From: Gracilinanus agilis
Taxonomy: Eukaryota
Reading direction: 5' to 3'
Length of the DNA stretch: 55,185 nt
Assembly (NCBI RefSeq): GCF_016433145.1
Contig: NC_058135.1
Coordinates: 285,627,655-285,682,839, forward strand
Part shown: positions 11,664 through 22,449 of the stretch, piece after piece
How positions within the stretch are numbered: position 1 is the first letter of the stretch
How the letters are laid out: each line of letters starts with the position of its first letter
The notes under the pieces: generated by a model
What the model was told of the DNA's origin: nothing
Seen by the model: the letters and a program-made list of their open reading frames with translations, nothing else
The model's database searches: none
Program-made: the position numbers and the translations under genes

Positions 11664-12060
11664 AGTTCCCGCTTCAGAACGCGACTTCCGCCATTTACCG
11701 GCAGTGAGTCGTTAGGAAATCCGGCATCCTGAAAGAAGGCACTTCCGCCACTCTCGGAGAACTAGGGGCTGGGCCCCAGCTTGGACTCGGGCGGCACGCG
11801 GACGCTCCAATCCCTTCCCGCTAGGACTAATCTGCATACAGCAACGCGATTGGCTGGGCGTGGGCGGCGCCTGGTTTTGATTGGCCCTGAGCTAATACGA
11901 CTATTAATGATAATGGCTAAATGGCCAGGCGGGATACTTGGAAGCACGTTGCTGCTCCGGGCTCGGAGCCCTCCCCTCCTCTAGAAGCAGACTAGGAGAG
12001 GCTAGGGCTAGTGCCCCGCCCCAAGACTTCCGGTGCCGCCCCCGGAGGAGGGCCGAGGCT
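11660..12060 (-). promoter_or_regulatory. TUT1 TATA-less CpG promoter
   Basis: ETS-like acttccgcc at 11684-11692 and 11741-11749, the first overlapping a YY1-like AAATGGCGG on the minus strand. Several CCAAT/ATTGG boxes at 11807-11885 and a GC box near 12014. Confidence 0.7.
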
Positions 12061-12609
12061 GGACAGTTCTTGTACGTTTAGTCCCTATCTCTGGCTGAAC
12101 CCCATCGGAGAAACGAGGGATCTTGTCCCAGGGGCCCTCTAGGGGCTGAGACATGGTCCTGACTTTGCTGGGGGTGCAGCACACTCACGGGAGACCCTCA
12201 ACCCCGAGACAGGCAGCGGAACCCAGGTTCTTTTCTGCATGTGGTCCAGCCAACCCCAGGCGGGGCAGGATCAGAGTTGTGGTCAGCACATACAAGCCCA
12301 ACAGAGCAGGCAAGAGGGCCAGCATGGTCAGGCCCTTGCCCTTCCCTAGCTGTCAGTCCTGGAGCCTCCCAGTTCCCTTCACGGATGGGACCCAAGGGCA
12401 CCAGATTCAAGGATTCTTCAGGACCACCAGTTCGGAGTCTGCCCCCCATCAGAGAGACTGTGCTTTCCAACCCCATGGAACTGACTAGGAAGCTCTCTCT
12501 GGGGTTGGGGCAGCCTCCCTCTGCCCACTGTCCACACTCTGCCAGTCCTCCCTGGGCCCATCCCCCTCAGAGAGCAGCAGAGCCAAGAAGGCTGAAGAAA
12601 AACAGCATT

Positions 12610-12677
12610 TTTATTTCTGTTGCTCTAAGAACAGATTACAGATCCCAAGGTTAAAAAACGGACAAAGGGTCTTTATT
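12610..12677 (-). terminator. Two tandem MTA2 polyadenylation signals (AATAAA)
   Basis: tttatt at 12672-12677 and 12610-12615, about 490-550 nt past the stop codon. Confidence 0.7.
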
Positions 12678-13166
12678 TCTGAGAGTTGGTGTACAAAAGG
12701 CAGGGATGTGGGGGAAGGGAAGAAGAGTGAGCACAAGGAGCTGAGCTTGCCCAGGCTCCCAGGCCTCTAACTCCAATTAAGTCTGGACATCAGATGGGAG
12801 TAAAACTCCAAATAGAAAATAAAACAAGACTTGAGACATGGCAGTGCACGCCCCACCCCCACAAGTACCTGCTGGTACCCTACTTTCCCCTCCCATGCTC
12901 CCCAACAAGGGGAGGAAAAAATTAAAAAAACTTTAAAAAACCCTCCCCCCCCAAAAAAAACCTGTCCCAGGGCCAGTCCCTTTCCTACTTGCCCAGGACC
13001 TAGGGGAGGTCAAGGAGAGGCAGACAAGTGGCATCTGTGAAGCTACAGCAAGCCCTCCAATCCCCTCCCAGGACCCCAGCCCCCAGGTAAATGCCCCTGT
13101 CCATAGGGAGCATGGGAGGGAACCAGAGGCCACCCTCCCAGCTCTCTTCCCTTCCCCCAAGAATGC

Positions 13167-16100
13167 TCAATCCTCCAAGACAATGGGTTCGTTGGTACTG
13201 GCCGGGTGTGGGGGCAGAGGCGGAGGAATTGGGGCCCGGACTGGAGGCAGAGGCGGCTTCACCTTCAATGGCAAGTTGGGCCGCCTTGCAGCCCGACGCA
13301 TTTCCAGGTGGGTCAAGGCCTTCCGTAATGCCCTGGCAAAGAAGAGGGGACAGCACTGGCCAGTTGAAAGACATGCTAAATGTAATCAGTTGAAGCTCAA
13401 GCCCATTATCCCTGCTTACTGTACCTGTTTCTTCCCTTGACCCCCCCCAAATCTGTCAGCCCCCCAAGTCCACAATACCATCTCCTGGCCCCTACCTGGT
13501 GTCTTTTGTGGCCACAAAGACCACAGGATTGGGAGCATCAGCTGGGTTTAGTTTCTGACGCTTGGCGGCAGGCTGTGTACTTGATCGAATCCCTGAAACG
13601 AGGGGCCTGCCATTGGCTGAAAATGGAACCACCTGGAAGAGGGAGCCGGGAGTTCTCAAACTCACACATAAAGGGAACACCACCCCCCATGGCTCAGCCA
13701 GAGCTCAGCTCCTAGGAGCCCTGGATCTCCTAAGGCAACCATCCCACTTCTGGAAAAGCTAAAAGGGAAGAAACATATCCTTAAAGTGGGCTGAAATTGG
13801 ATTCTCTGCAGCCAAGGGGTTCAGTGGGTAAGAACACTGGGCCTGAAATCAGAGCCAGGTTCAAATCCTGCCTTAAACACTTAAGCTGTGTGATCCTGGC
13901 CAAGTCACTTAACTACTTTCTGCCTCACAGTTTCTTCATCTGTAAAATGAAGATAAGAAAAGCAAGGATCTCCCAGGGTTGTCATGAGGATAAAATGACT
14001 TAATATTTATAAAGCATTTTACAAAGCATTTCCCGGACTTTAAAATGCTACATAAATGCCAGCATGTAAGTCTGAACATGTGTGTGGATATGGATTTCTG
14101 TCACTGCTGCCACTGCAACCCCTCTGCTCCTGGCTTTAAGCTCTGAGACCAAGAACCAGGAAGAAACGGACAACCATCTCGTCCTGTTCCCAAAGCCAAC
14201 CCATCGGATGAGCTGGCCTGGGTCCCTAACTCACACTCTCATAGGCCCGTTTCACCACAATGCCCCCCAAACTCCGATTCTGTGTCATCTGGTTCCTATT
14301 GATGGGCGTCTTCGTGCCTCGTGGGGTTTTTGGTTTCAGTGGAGCCTGGGCCGCTACAGAGGAAAGAGAAAGGCCAGATCTTTAATCTCAGCCCCATTCC
14401 TCCCCTCCCTTCTTTCCCTGGAGAATCCCCATCTTAACCAGATTCTTCCATCCCCACTTAAGACACCAGGCCCTGGCCCCATACCGAGATCTTTGACAAT
14501 GGTTGCCAGGGGCAATCGCACCAGGGGGTGAATCTTGAGAGGTGTCTTGGCTGCCTTGGGGAGCCGAATGGAGCCTAGGGACACAAAAGTCAAGGTGACT
14601 CCCAGCCCAGCAGGGCCAATACAGCTTTTGGGCAAACCATCCCCACTGCTCCAATAAATCTCTCCTGCCCATTCTCACATTCAGCCTTGATCGCGTTGGC
14701 ATTGATGGGGGCGTACGGTCTTCGAGCAGCCCTCCTTGGCTGTAACAGGTCCCTGCACATGCGCCTGGCAAGACGAGTCAATTTAGTTGTCTGTAGGAGA
14801 AACGTCTGCCTGTTCTTGGCCAATAGCTTGGCCCGGTTGGCGCTTGTTGTATAAGGAGAAAGGCTCTGAGCTTCAGGTCGAGACAAGTGGCCTCGGGAGT
14901 GTGGTTCCTGATAGAAAGAAGAACTGATGCATCAACCCTCAGAATTCTGGGTCAGGCGCACCCCCACTTTCCAAACCAGCTGAGCACAATGTCGACTAGC
15001 TCATGAATCCAAAGCTTCCAGACTATTTTCTCCCTGTTATTAAAAGGTGCAGACAGACAGTTTTCTTAACCTCCTCCCTTCTAGGCCGACCCCTTCCACT
15101 CCCAAACCCAGGGTCCTTACGGTGGTACCCCGTGCTGCCCCCTCCAACTGTGTCGGAGTCTTCAACCCCCCATACTTCTTCCAGTATATCCAACAGGAGG
15201 CACAAAGACGGCACTGCATGTTGGGGGGGCCCCAAGCATACCACTGTGCTGACTGGGTGGCTAGAAAAACAGAAAAAGGCCAACTGTTGGGATGGTAGTC
15301 ATAAAGGACAAGCCTAGCTTCCCTGAACTTTGAGGCACAAATTGAGACACTCACTGTGGCAGCTCTCGCAGGTCAGACCCTTCTGGAATCCAGCCCCATT
15401 CATACCAGGCTTCGACCCCACAGAGATGATCTGGTTCGGGTTTGGCTTGGTGCTGGGGTGGGAATAGGACAGGAATGGATGGTTACAGGCCAGTGGCCAG
15501 AGGCTGGAGAGCAACTTCCAGCCCAGGAGTCCCCATGCTCCCCCTACCCCATCTCTACTTACTAGGTAGGGATGTAGACCTGCTTGAGTTTGCTATCAGC
15601 TTCAGCTGCTTTTAATCTTTTCTGGAGGTGACAAAAAAAAAAAAAAAAGACAGAAAGCAGCATGAGGAGGGAGAGAGGGGTCATCCCAGGGCTTGGCCTC
15701 CTCCCCCTAAAAGCAGCTAATCCCCTTCCCCCCAGATCCTCTAGACCAATCCTCACCTGTTGGATGTATCGGTCAGTGGTTTTCCACATGTAATAGAACT
15801 GGACAATACTGGCGAGAGACTTCCAGGGGAGCTGGGGAGGTGATGCAGAGTGAGCTGGCGGCACCCTAGCCCGAGGACCCCGAGCCCCCTGCTGCTGTTG
15901 CCGCCGCCGCTGCTGCTGCCTAACCTAGCCCTTCTCACAGCCTCACTACTCACAAAGTCCTGACGGATATCATTGAAATCCTTGCCGTATTTCTCCAGCG
16001 CCTCCTCAAAAAGCATGGCCTCAGAGGCCGACCATTCCTCCATCTCATCCCGGCACAAAACGGGGCCACCCTGGGGCACCAGTGTGGACATGGCCTTGGC

Positions 16101-19100
16101 CAGGTCATAACCATTCCGCTGCAGCGTGTCCATGGCGTGAAACTAATGGGGGCAACATGGAGTGGGGAGGCTGTGAAATAGCCCAGGAGCAGATGTGGGC
16201 ACCAGTCATCTCTGGGCCCTTCCTAGTCCCTTGACTTCCCCAACCCAGGCAGTGTCCACTCACCAAGGTGATGTCTCGGGAGGCAGCTGCTGCACTCATA
16301 TGCAAGCTCGGCTGCCGAATGGAACTGCTACAGTCCAGGGCCCTGGCAAAGGTGCCCACCGCTCTAGAGGAGGGAACAGCAGGTCAAGGGGTGGAAGGAA
16401 GCTTCGAGGAGATGGGGAGGGAAGAAAAAGATTGGGTGGCCTTGAGAAAGCAACCTGGGACTGAGAAAGGGTTAGTCTGGGGCCTCCACTCCACACCGCC
16501 CCCAACCTAGGGTCACATCACCCACCCACCCCTCACCGGGCCACAACGAGGAACTGGTCAATCTGCCGATCGGTCAAGGGGTTGTCTGGATCCCAGACTT
16601 TCATTTCCATCTTCTGCTGATTTCGATTATCAGACTCACCTGGAAAAAAGAAGAATGCTGTGGCCATGAAAGGGAAAAGGTACAGGGAGGGCCTCTGGCC
16701 CCCTTTCCTGCAGGCATGGTGCCCTCCACCCATACTGAGCCTCCTCAAACTGATGACCTTTCTAGCCAGGGAGGACTTCTCCCTCTTCCCCCATCTACTA
16801 AACCATGCCCTTCCCCAAGGCCCCTCCCTCAAGCAGATTCCTTGGGCTCCCCCTCCACCTTATGGCCTCACCTTCGGCCAGTCGTTCTGGAATCTCAGCC
16901 TGGTACTTGCAGCCAACCCTGATCTCACCCTGGTCAGCCAGAAGCGTTTTCTGGACAGGGTCAAACACCAAGGAGTAGAAGAAGCAGTCCTAAAACAGAG
17001 GAGGGTGGGGAACCAGCTGAAATGAGCCTCCCCTTCCCCAAAGGGGTCCCTCCAATACCGTTTCTAATCAGGGCTCTCCGAGACCCCTTTGACATGGTGC
17101 TCTAGTCTCTCTCCAAAACCCCAGAGCTGCCTCTCAACATTTCTTGGCTTCTCCCTCATTAGCCTAACCCTAGAGGAATGCTACTTCCCCACACTAGCTA
17201 AGGAAGGCTGGGTCTCCCCGGGAGACACCTCTGCTGTTCTCTACCCCATGGTGGCACTACTCAGATCCCTTCCTTCCGCCCACTCAGCCCTCTTAGATTA
17301 CCTCCTTCTCCAAGTACTGGCTCAGGATGTCCGTCTCATTCAATAGAGTCACGCTGCATTTCCCACTGCAAGAAGGATGGGTCACTAAATCCACAACCCC
17401 CCACCTTCATCCCACGTGATATCCCAATGCCCCCTTCTTTGTCTTGGGGAACAGAGGGCCTCTCAGTTCCCAACTAAATAGAAGGAAATGGTGGGAGCAA
17501 AAGAGATGACTGTGGCCTGTCCGTACCGTATATGGGTAGCTGGCAATGATTCAAATTGTCTAGAAAGGAAGAGCTCCCGGTGCTTCAGCTGGTGCCTCTG
17601 CTGTTCTGAGACTCCTGGCTGCTTGGACTCCTCCTCAAATTCCCCTGGGAGATAAAAGAGAATGAAGGGCAGCTGGGGAGGGGAGGGGAGGGCAGGGAGA
17701 GGAAGAGAAGGCAGGGAAGAAGGTTTGCTCATTCATTTCCCCCTCCGGTCTGTCTCTGTCTTTCCTTCCTTGGCTGCCACAATCTTTCCTTTCCTTCCTC
17801 CATCTTGGCCTGGATTACACATGCTCCCTTATGCTGCTACATCCTACATCTCTAATGATCTGAGTTTAAAGCTTTTACTGAAGAACTTCCATAACCCTTC
17901 TCCTCGCTATCCAGATCACCTTAGAGATTCATCCCAGGCCCCAAGGGTTGAGGCTAAGACCTCACAATACACAGGTATTGCCAAGAGAAATAGAAGACCT
18001 GGGGATTTAAACCCCAGTGAAGTCATAGTAGACTGTATCTATCCAGGCCTGTCCTCAGACTTCATAGGGCTCCCATACTTTAGGTAGGACCCGTAGAACC
18101 ATAAAATGTCACTTGTTCTTTGCCAGGAACACAGCATTTAGCTTTCAGAGACAGACTTCCTCCTCAACAACAACACTATTCCTCCCCTCCTAAATGCCGT
18201 AAGCTGGCTAAGAAACCCTGTTGTAAAAGGGTTAATAGGGATGGGTGCCAAGCAAAGGAGAAGGGAACAGGAGAGCAACATAGCAACAAGCCCAGGCCCA
18301 TTAGCCATTGTTCCAACCACCAGGGAGAAAGGGGGTGGGGGAGGAGTTTACAGCTGACCCCTCCCCTCGCCTCTGTGCTCCGGAAACCAGGCTTAGGCAA
18401 GGGGACCACACCCCCAACAACCCTCCTGATTGGACAAAGCCAAGGTCAGCCCCTGCCAGATGGGGCAGTAAACCCCAAGGGGCTATGAAACTTGGGAGAG
18501 CCTGGTTCCCCATTAACCCCTTATGTTGGAACCTTAGTCTAAGAAGTTGAAAATTGAAACATCAATGGAGGGGGGCAAAGAGATCAAAAAGGAAAAGGGG
18601 GACAAATGATGGAAATGAATAGTGCTTGGAAAAGGAAAGAAGAAAAAGAGGCAGGGAGGGATGGAGGAAAGGGAGGAAGAGAAGAAAACAAAGAGAAGGA
18701 AGATGAAAAGGAGGAGAAAAAAGGGAAATCCTGGCTCTCCCCAAAGCCTCTCTCCTGCTCAAAAGAGCAGCCTTCCTTGTCCTCTTACTACAGGCCCAAC
18801 TGGATACCCTATTATCTCTATAAACCACTTGCCCCACTCCCCAAGGTAGGCTGCACTATGCCTTTAGGACCTTCTCTTCCTAAACCAATACTTCCAGTTC
18901 TCTGCCCACAATTCCAGTTCATCCAAAAGCTGTCCACAAGTCTCTATTTCTTGATGATTAGGTTCACTGTATCCATCTTCCCCACAAAAACCTCCTTCAT
19001 CTCCCATCCCCTATTGTCTCCCCCACCTTAAAACCCACATTTTGGCTCTCCTCATCACATTCCTCCTCCATTCTACTTTTCTGACGTGTGAAAACAAGCC

Positions 19101-21542
19101 CTAACCCCTCCATGCAGACCTGCTCCCCACTCCCAAAACACATCCCACACATCCCCCCCATCTCAGTCATCAGACCAGAGAAATCACCTGCAAGGACCTG
19201 CCCAGGCCTGAGGACATGAGGGGAGGGGGAGAAAAGACTCACTGGCATTGCTGTCAGCAAGGCTATTGAGGCTGCTAGAAATGTCCCGTCTTCGGAAAAG
19301 GCAAACAACCTTTGCCTCCACGTTTCCATTTGCAGTCTAGGAAAAAAGGAAAAAGTGGTGGAAACTGGGTGTTAAAGCGTATCTAGGGAAAACAGGGCCA
19401 CTAATAAGGAATCCATTTTCTTTTCTTTTTTTCAAACCCCCACCTTCCTCTGAGTATCAACATTATGTATTGGTTCCAAGACAGAAGAGCAGTAAGAACC
19501 AGGCAAGGGGGTTAAGTGATTTGCCCAGGGTCACATAGAAGGATTTCATTTTCTAAGCACTCAATGGCAAAAAAGACCTCAGGAAATTGTGAGTCCCAAA
19601 GCACCACTGCCGAGGCCCTGGGCCTCTCAAGTCTCCTCCCACTGAAGGAGCTCTGAAGTAGGCCAGGGCCAAGATAAACCCAGCAAGAGCTGGGTTTGGG
19701 ATGCTTGAGACAATAAGGAGAATCCTCTAAGGAGTATGCATTGGGAAGGGGCCTGAAGTCCTCCACTCTGGCCACCAGAAAACTAATACCAATACTGCCT
19801 CAAAATGATCAACCAGACTTAAGCTACAGGCTATAGTAACTAAGTTACTTCCTGAGGTTGCCCTTTCTACTCTCAGGTAGCCCTTGCTAGGAAGTCTGTC
19901 TTCGCATTGATCTAAAACCTACCTTTTTCCCTAACTGCTGCCCACTGTTCCAAGTTCTGTCCTTTGAGGCCAAGGAGAGGAAGTGAAGGCAACAACCGCC
20001 CACACACACAAAGAACAGAAGCCCCACAGAAGCATGCTGTTCCCATATTAACCTTCAGCTCACATTCTCACAGGCACATTTCATTTCAATGATCTCCCTG
20101 CCCCCCCCTCTCCCCCAACACACAAACACTCACCTTATTGAGCTCCTCAATCCTTCTCACCAGGTAAGGATTGCTGGAGGAGTTCTCAAAATAGACGTAA
20201 TCTGCAGTGGGAAGAGTTTGAAGAAGCTGCTTAAGCTTGAGGGAGCCCAGTGAGGGAGAAGGATGTACCATAAAAAAGGTGGAAGTGAGGACACTCAAAA
20301 GAGAAGGGAAGGGGGAGAGAAGAAAGAAAAAACTTGGGATTGGCCTCTAGCCCAAAGTCACTCAGTTGCCTAGGACTCCCTGGCCACCTCTCCCTGTGAT
20401 TCAATCATTCAATCAATCGGCATTTACTATGTTCTAAGTAATGGAGTTACAAAGACAAAACTCAGATAATCCTCCTCTTAGACCTCCTCATCACAAAGGC
20501 TTGGAGTATCTTTACAAAAACAAAAAGGACCCATTAATCAGAAAGCGTTAGGCTGCAGCACTAAAAAGCTTGACTCTGGGGGCGATGACAAGGCCAAGGG
20601 CAGCCCCTGACTGTCTGTAGTCCAGACGGAGAGCTGCGACACCACGGTTGCCCTCCCCCATCCCCAGCTGGTTGTTATAAGTATCCTTCCCCTTCACCAG
20701 TTCTCCCTGGAGGGCTGGCCTCGGTCCGGGCTTCTCCTGGTGCCCCAGAAGCCAGCTAACTTTTTGGAGGGCCAGGGAGGGGGACGGCCCAGGCCAGGTT
20801 TCGAGGCTGGAGCGAGTAAACCAAGGTTTAAACCAAACTGGGAGCGGGGGAGAGGGGACACGGAGGCTTAACCGCTAGCGCCCAGGCAAGGAGGAAAAGT
20901 TACTGTCTTGCTCAAGTGGAAAGGCGCTCCCAAGCTCCCACCGAAGACGAACTTAGCTCTATTTCCCCAACCCCCACAAGAAAACTGTCCCCCTACGCAG
21001 AAAGGAGCTGGGGATCCCCCCAGGTGCTGGGACTCACCCCCCCAGCCCGATCGCTGACAGATGTGGACACGAGTTGTACCCCAAGAGCGGCGCGGTCGGG
21101 ACAGGGTATCCCGCATAAGCTGTATGGGCTCTATGAGTGGCCCTGTCGCGACAACGGATCGCGCTGAGTACACGGGGCGCGGGGCTCGGCGATAGGGGCT
21201 CTGTCCCTCTCAGACACCCTGGAGTCCCTTAAGGGGGGGTGGCCCTCAGCCCGGTACCAGCCGCAAAGGCTCTGGTGGTCAAGTTCCTCCAGAGTAGTTC
21301 TGGCCCTCCTGCCCCCAGGCAACCGGGACCCCTGGGGGGCCTGCCGCACATGCGCCCTCCCCTCTGGGACCCCCGGCCAGGATCCCGTGCGCGCATGCGC
21401 TCTCTCATGCCCCCCCCCCCGGCTGCCCGCGACTCACCCCCCCCCCAGAGCCCGGTCCCGGTGAACTCGGTTCTGGTTCCGGTTCCCGCGAGGCTACAAG
21501 CGCGCGGTACTTACCCCCCACCCGGTACATGTTGGCCGCCAT
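13167..21542 (-). CDS. MTA2: Metastasis-associated protein 2 (NuRD subunit; BAH-ELM2-SANT-GATA zinc finger); 18 coding exons, 664 aa
   Basis: Exons: 21515-21542, 20134-20201, 19243-19336, 17527-17644, 17302-17365, 16872-16989, 16537-16639, 16264-16363, 15954-16142, 15757-15831, 15563-15621, 15355-15452, 15121-15260, 14679-14907, 14485-14574, 14235-14353, 13496-13632, 13167-13332 (1995 nt). Reads [32 protein letters not shown]...[13 protein letters not shown], nearly identical to recalled human MTA2. Confidence 0.98.
13820..14065 (+). mobile_element. MIR/Mar1-like SINE in MTA2 intron 16
   Basis: ggttcaaatcctgcc...gctgtgtgatcctggccaagtcacttaac...cagtttcttcatctgtaaaatg...gggttgtcatgaggataaaatg. 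Confidence 0.8.
19425..19540 (-). mobile_element. 5'-truncated marsupial SINE fragment
   Basis: tgtattggttccaagacagaagagcagtaag...ggttaagtgatttgcccagggtcaca. Confidence 0.7.
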
Positions 21543-22100
21543 GGCCGCCCGGCTTGGCCGCAGGGAGGCCCCGGCAATGCTCGGCCCTGCTCGGTGCCCC
21601 GGTCCCGGCCCCGGCTCCGGCCCCGCCGCCGCCTCAACCCCGGCTCATCCCGCGCTGCCGCTGCCGCCTCGGCCTCCCGCCCAGGACGCGCCGAGGCCAG
21701 CGCGGGCCCGCTCAGCTGCTTCCGGCCCCCGGTCCCGCGTCGCGGGTCCCGCGGTTCGGTTCGTCCCGACAGAGCCCTGCCTCAGCGCCGAGCCCTTCCG
21801 GAAACCTTCCGGCTGCGCCCGAAGGATGGGCGCCCGCGCTTCGGCCACTTCCGGAGGCGCTTCGGCTCTTTCCGGCCCGTGGCCCCCGGCGTTCGGGCAT
21901 TTCCGCCTCCTTGGCCGGGAGAGGCGGGGCCGGGAGGGAGGGGAGGGGCCGGACCGTAACCCTTCCCTAGCTGCATCCCTGCTGCGCCCCAGCACGAGGC
22001 CACCCCGGGAGGGAGCGGCCGGCCCCTCATTTGCATTCCTTTGCTTTTCATTTGCATGCAGCCCTGCCTTCTCTCTTCCTTGTGGTCTCTGGCCCTCGGT
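20950..22100 (-). promoter_or_regulatory. MTA2 CpG island / promoter, 5' UTR and proximal intron 1
   Basis: Very high CpG density. Perfect NRF1 palindrome gcgcatgcgc at 21391-21400, ETS-like ccggaa/ttccgg cluster at 21795-21875, two ATTTGCAT octamers at 22029-22036 and 22050-22057. Confidence 0.75.
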
Positions 22101-22249
22101 TCCCCCCACCCGGGCAGTCTCGGCCCCTAGGGTCAGAAGCGTCCAAATGCTTTCCGGGCACAGAACTGGGGGGGGGGGCCGCCTCCCTCCACCCCCAGCC
22201 CTGCCCCCGCAGAAGGACACAGCAGAGGCGCCGGACTTTGCATGGTTCA

Positions 22250-22255
22250 TTTATT
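22250..22255 (-). terminator. EML3 polyadenylation signal AATAAA
   Basis: tttatt on the + strand, about 195 nt past the stop codon. Confidence 0.7.
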
Positions 22256-22449
22256 GCCCCTGCACTGACTGTGGCGGGGTCGGGGGAAGGCGAGGGGGGC
22301 GCGCTGCTCGGCTCAGCCTGCGGCTCTGTACAGTGTTCCCCGCGGGGAGAAGGCACGGAATGTAACCAAGTTGGAAGAGGCGGACGGGTGGCGTGGGGGA
22401 GGGGAGAAGCACTCTCTAAGCCCACCCGCTCCATCTAGTCCTAGTGAGA

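Noticed and set aside
21239-22365. Long plus-strand ORFs (243 and 278 aa) over the MTA2 promoter
   Set aside because: Pro/Ala/Arg/Gly-rich translations typical of stop-poor CpG islands; no homology or splice support.
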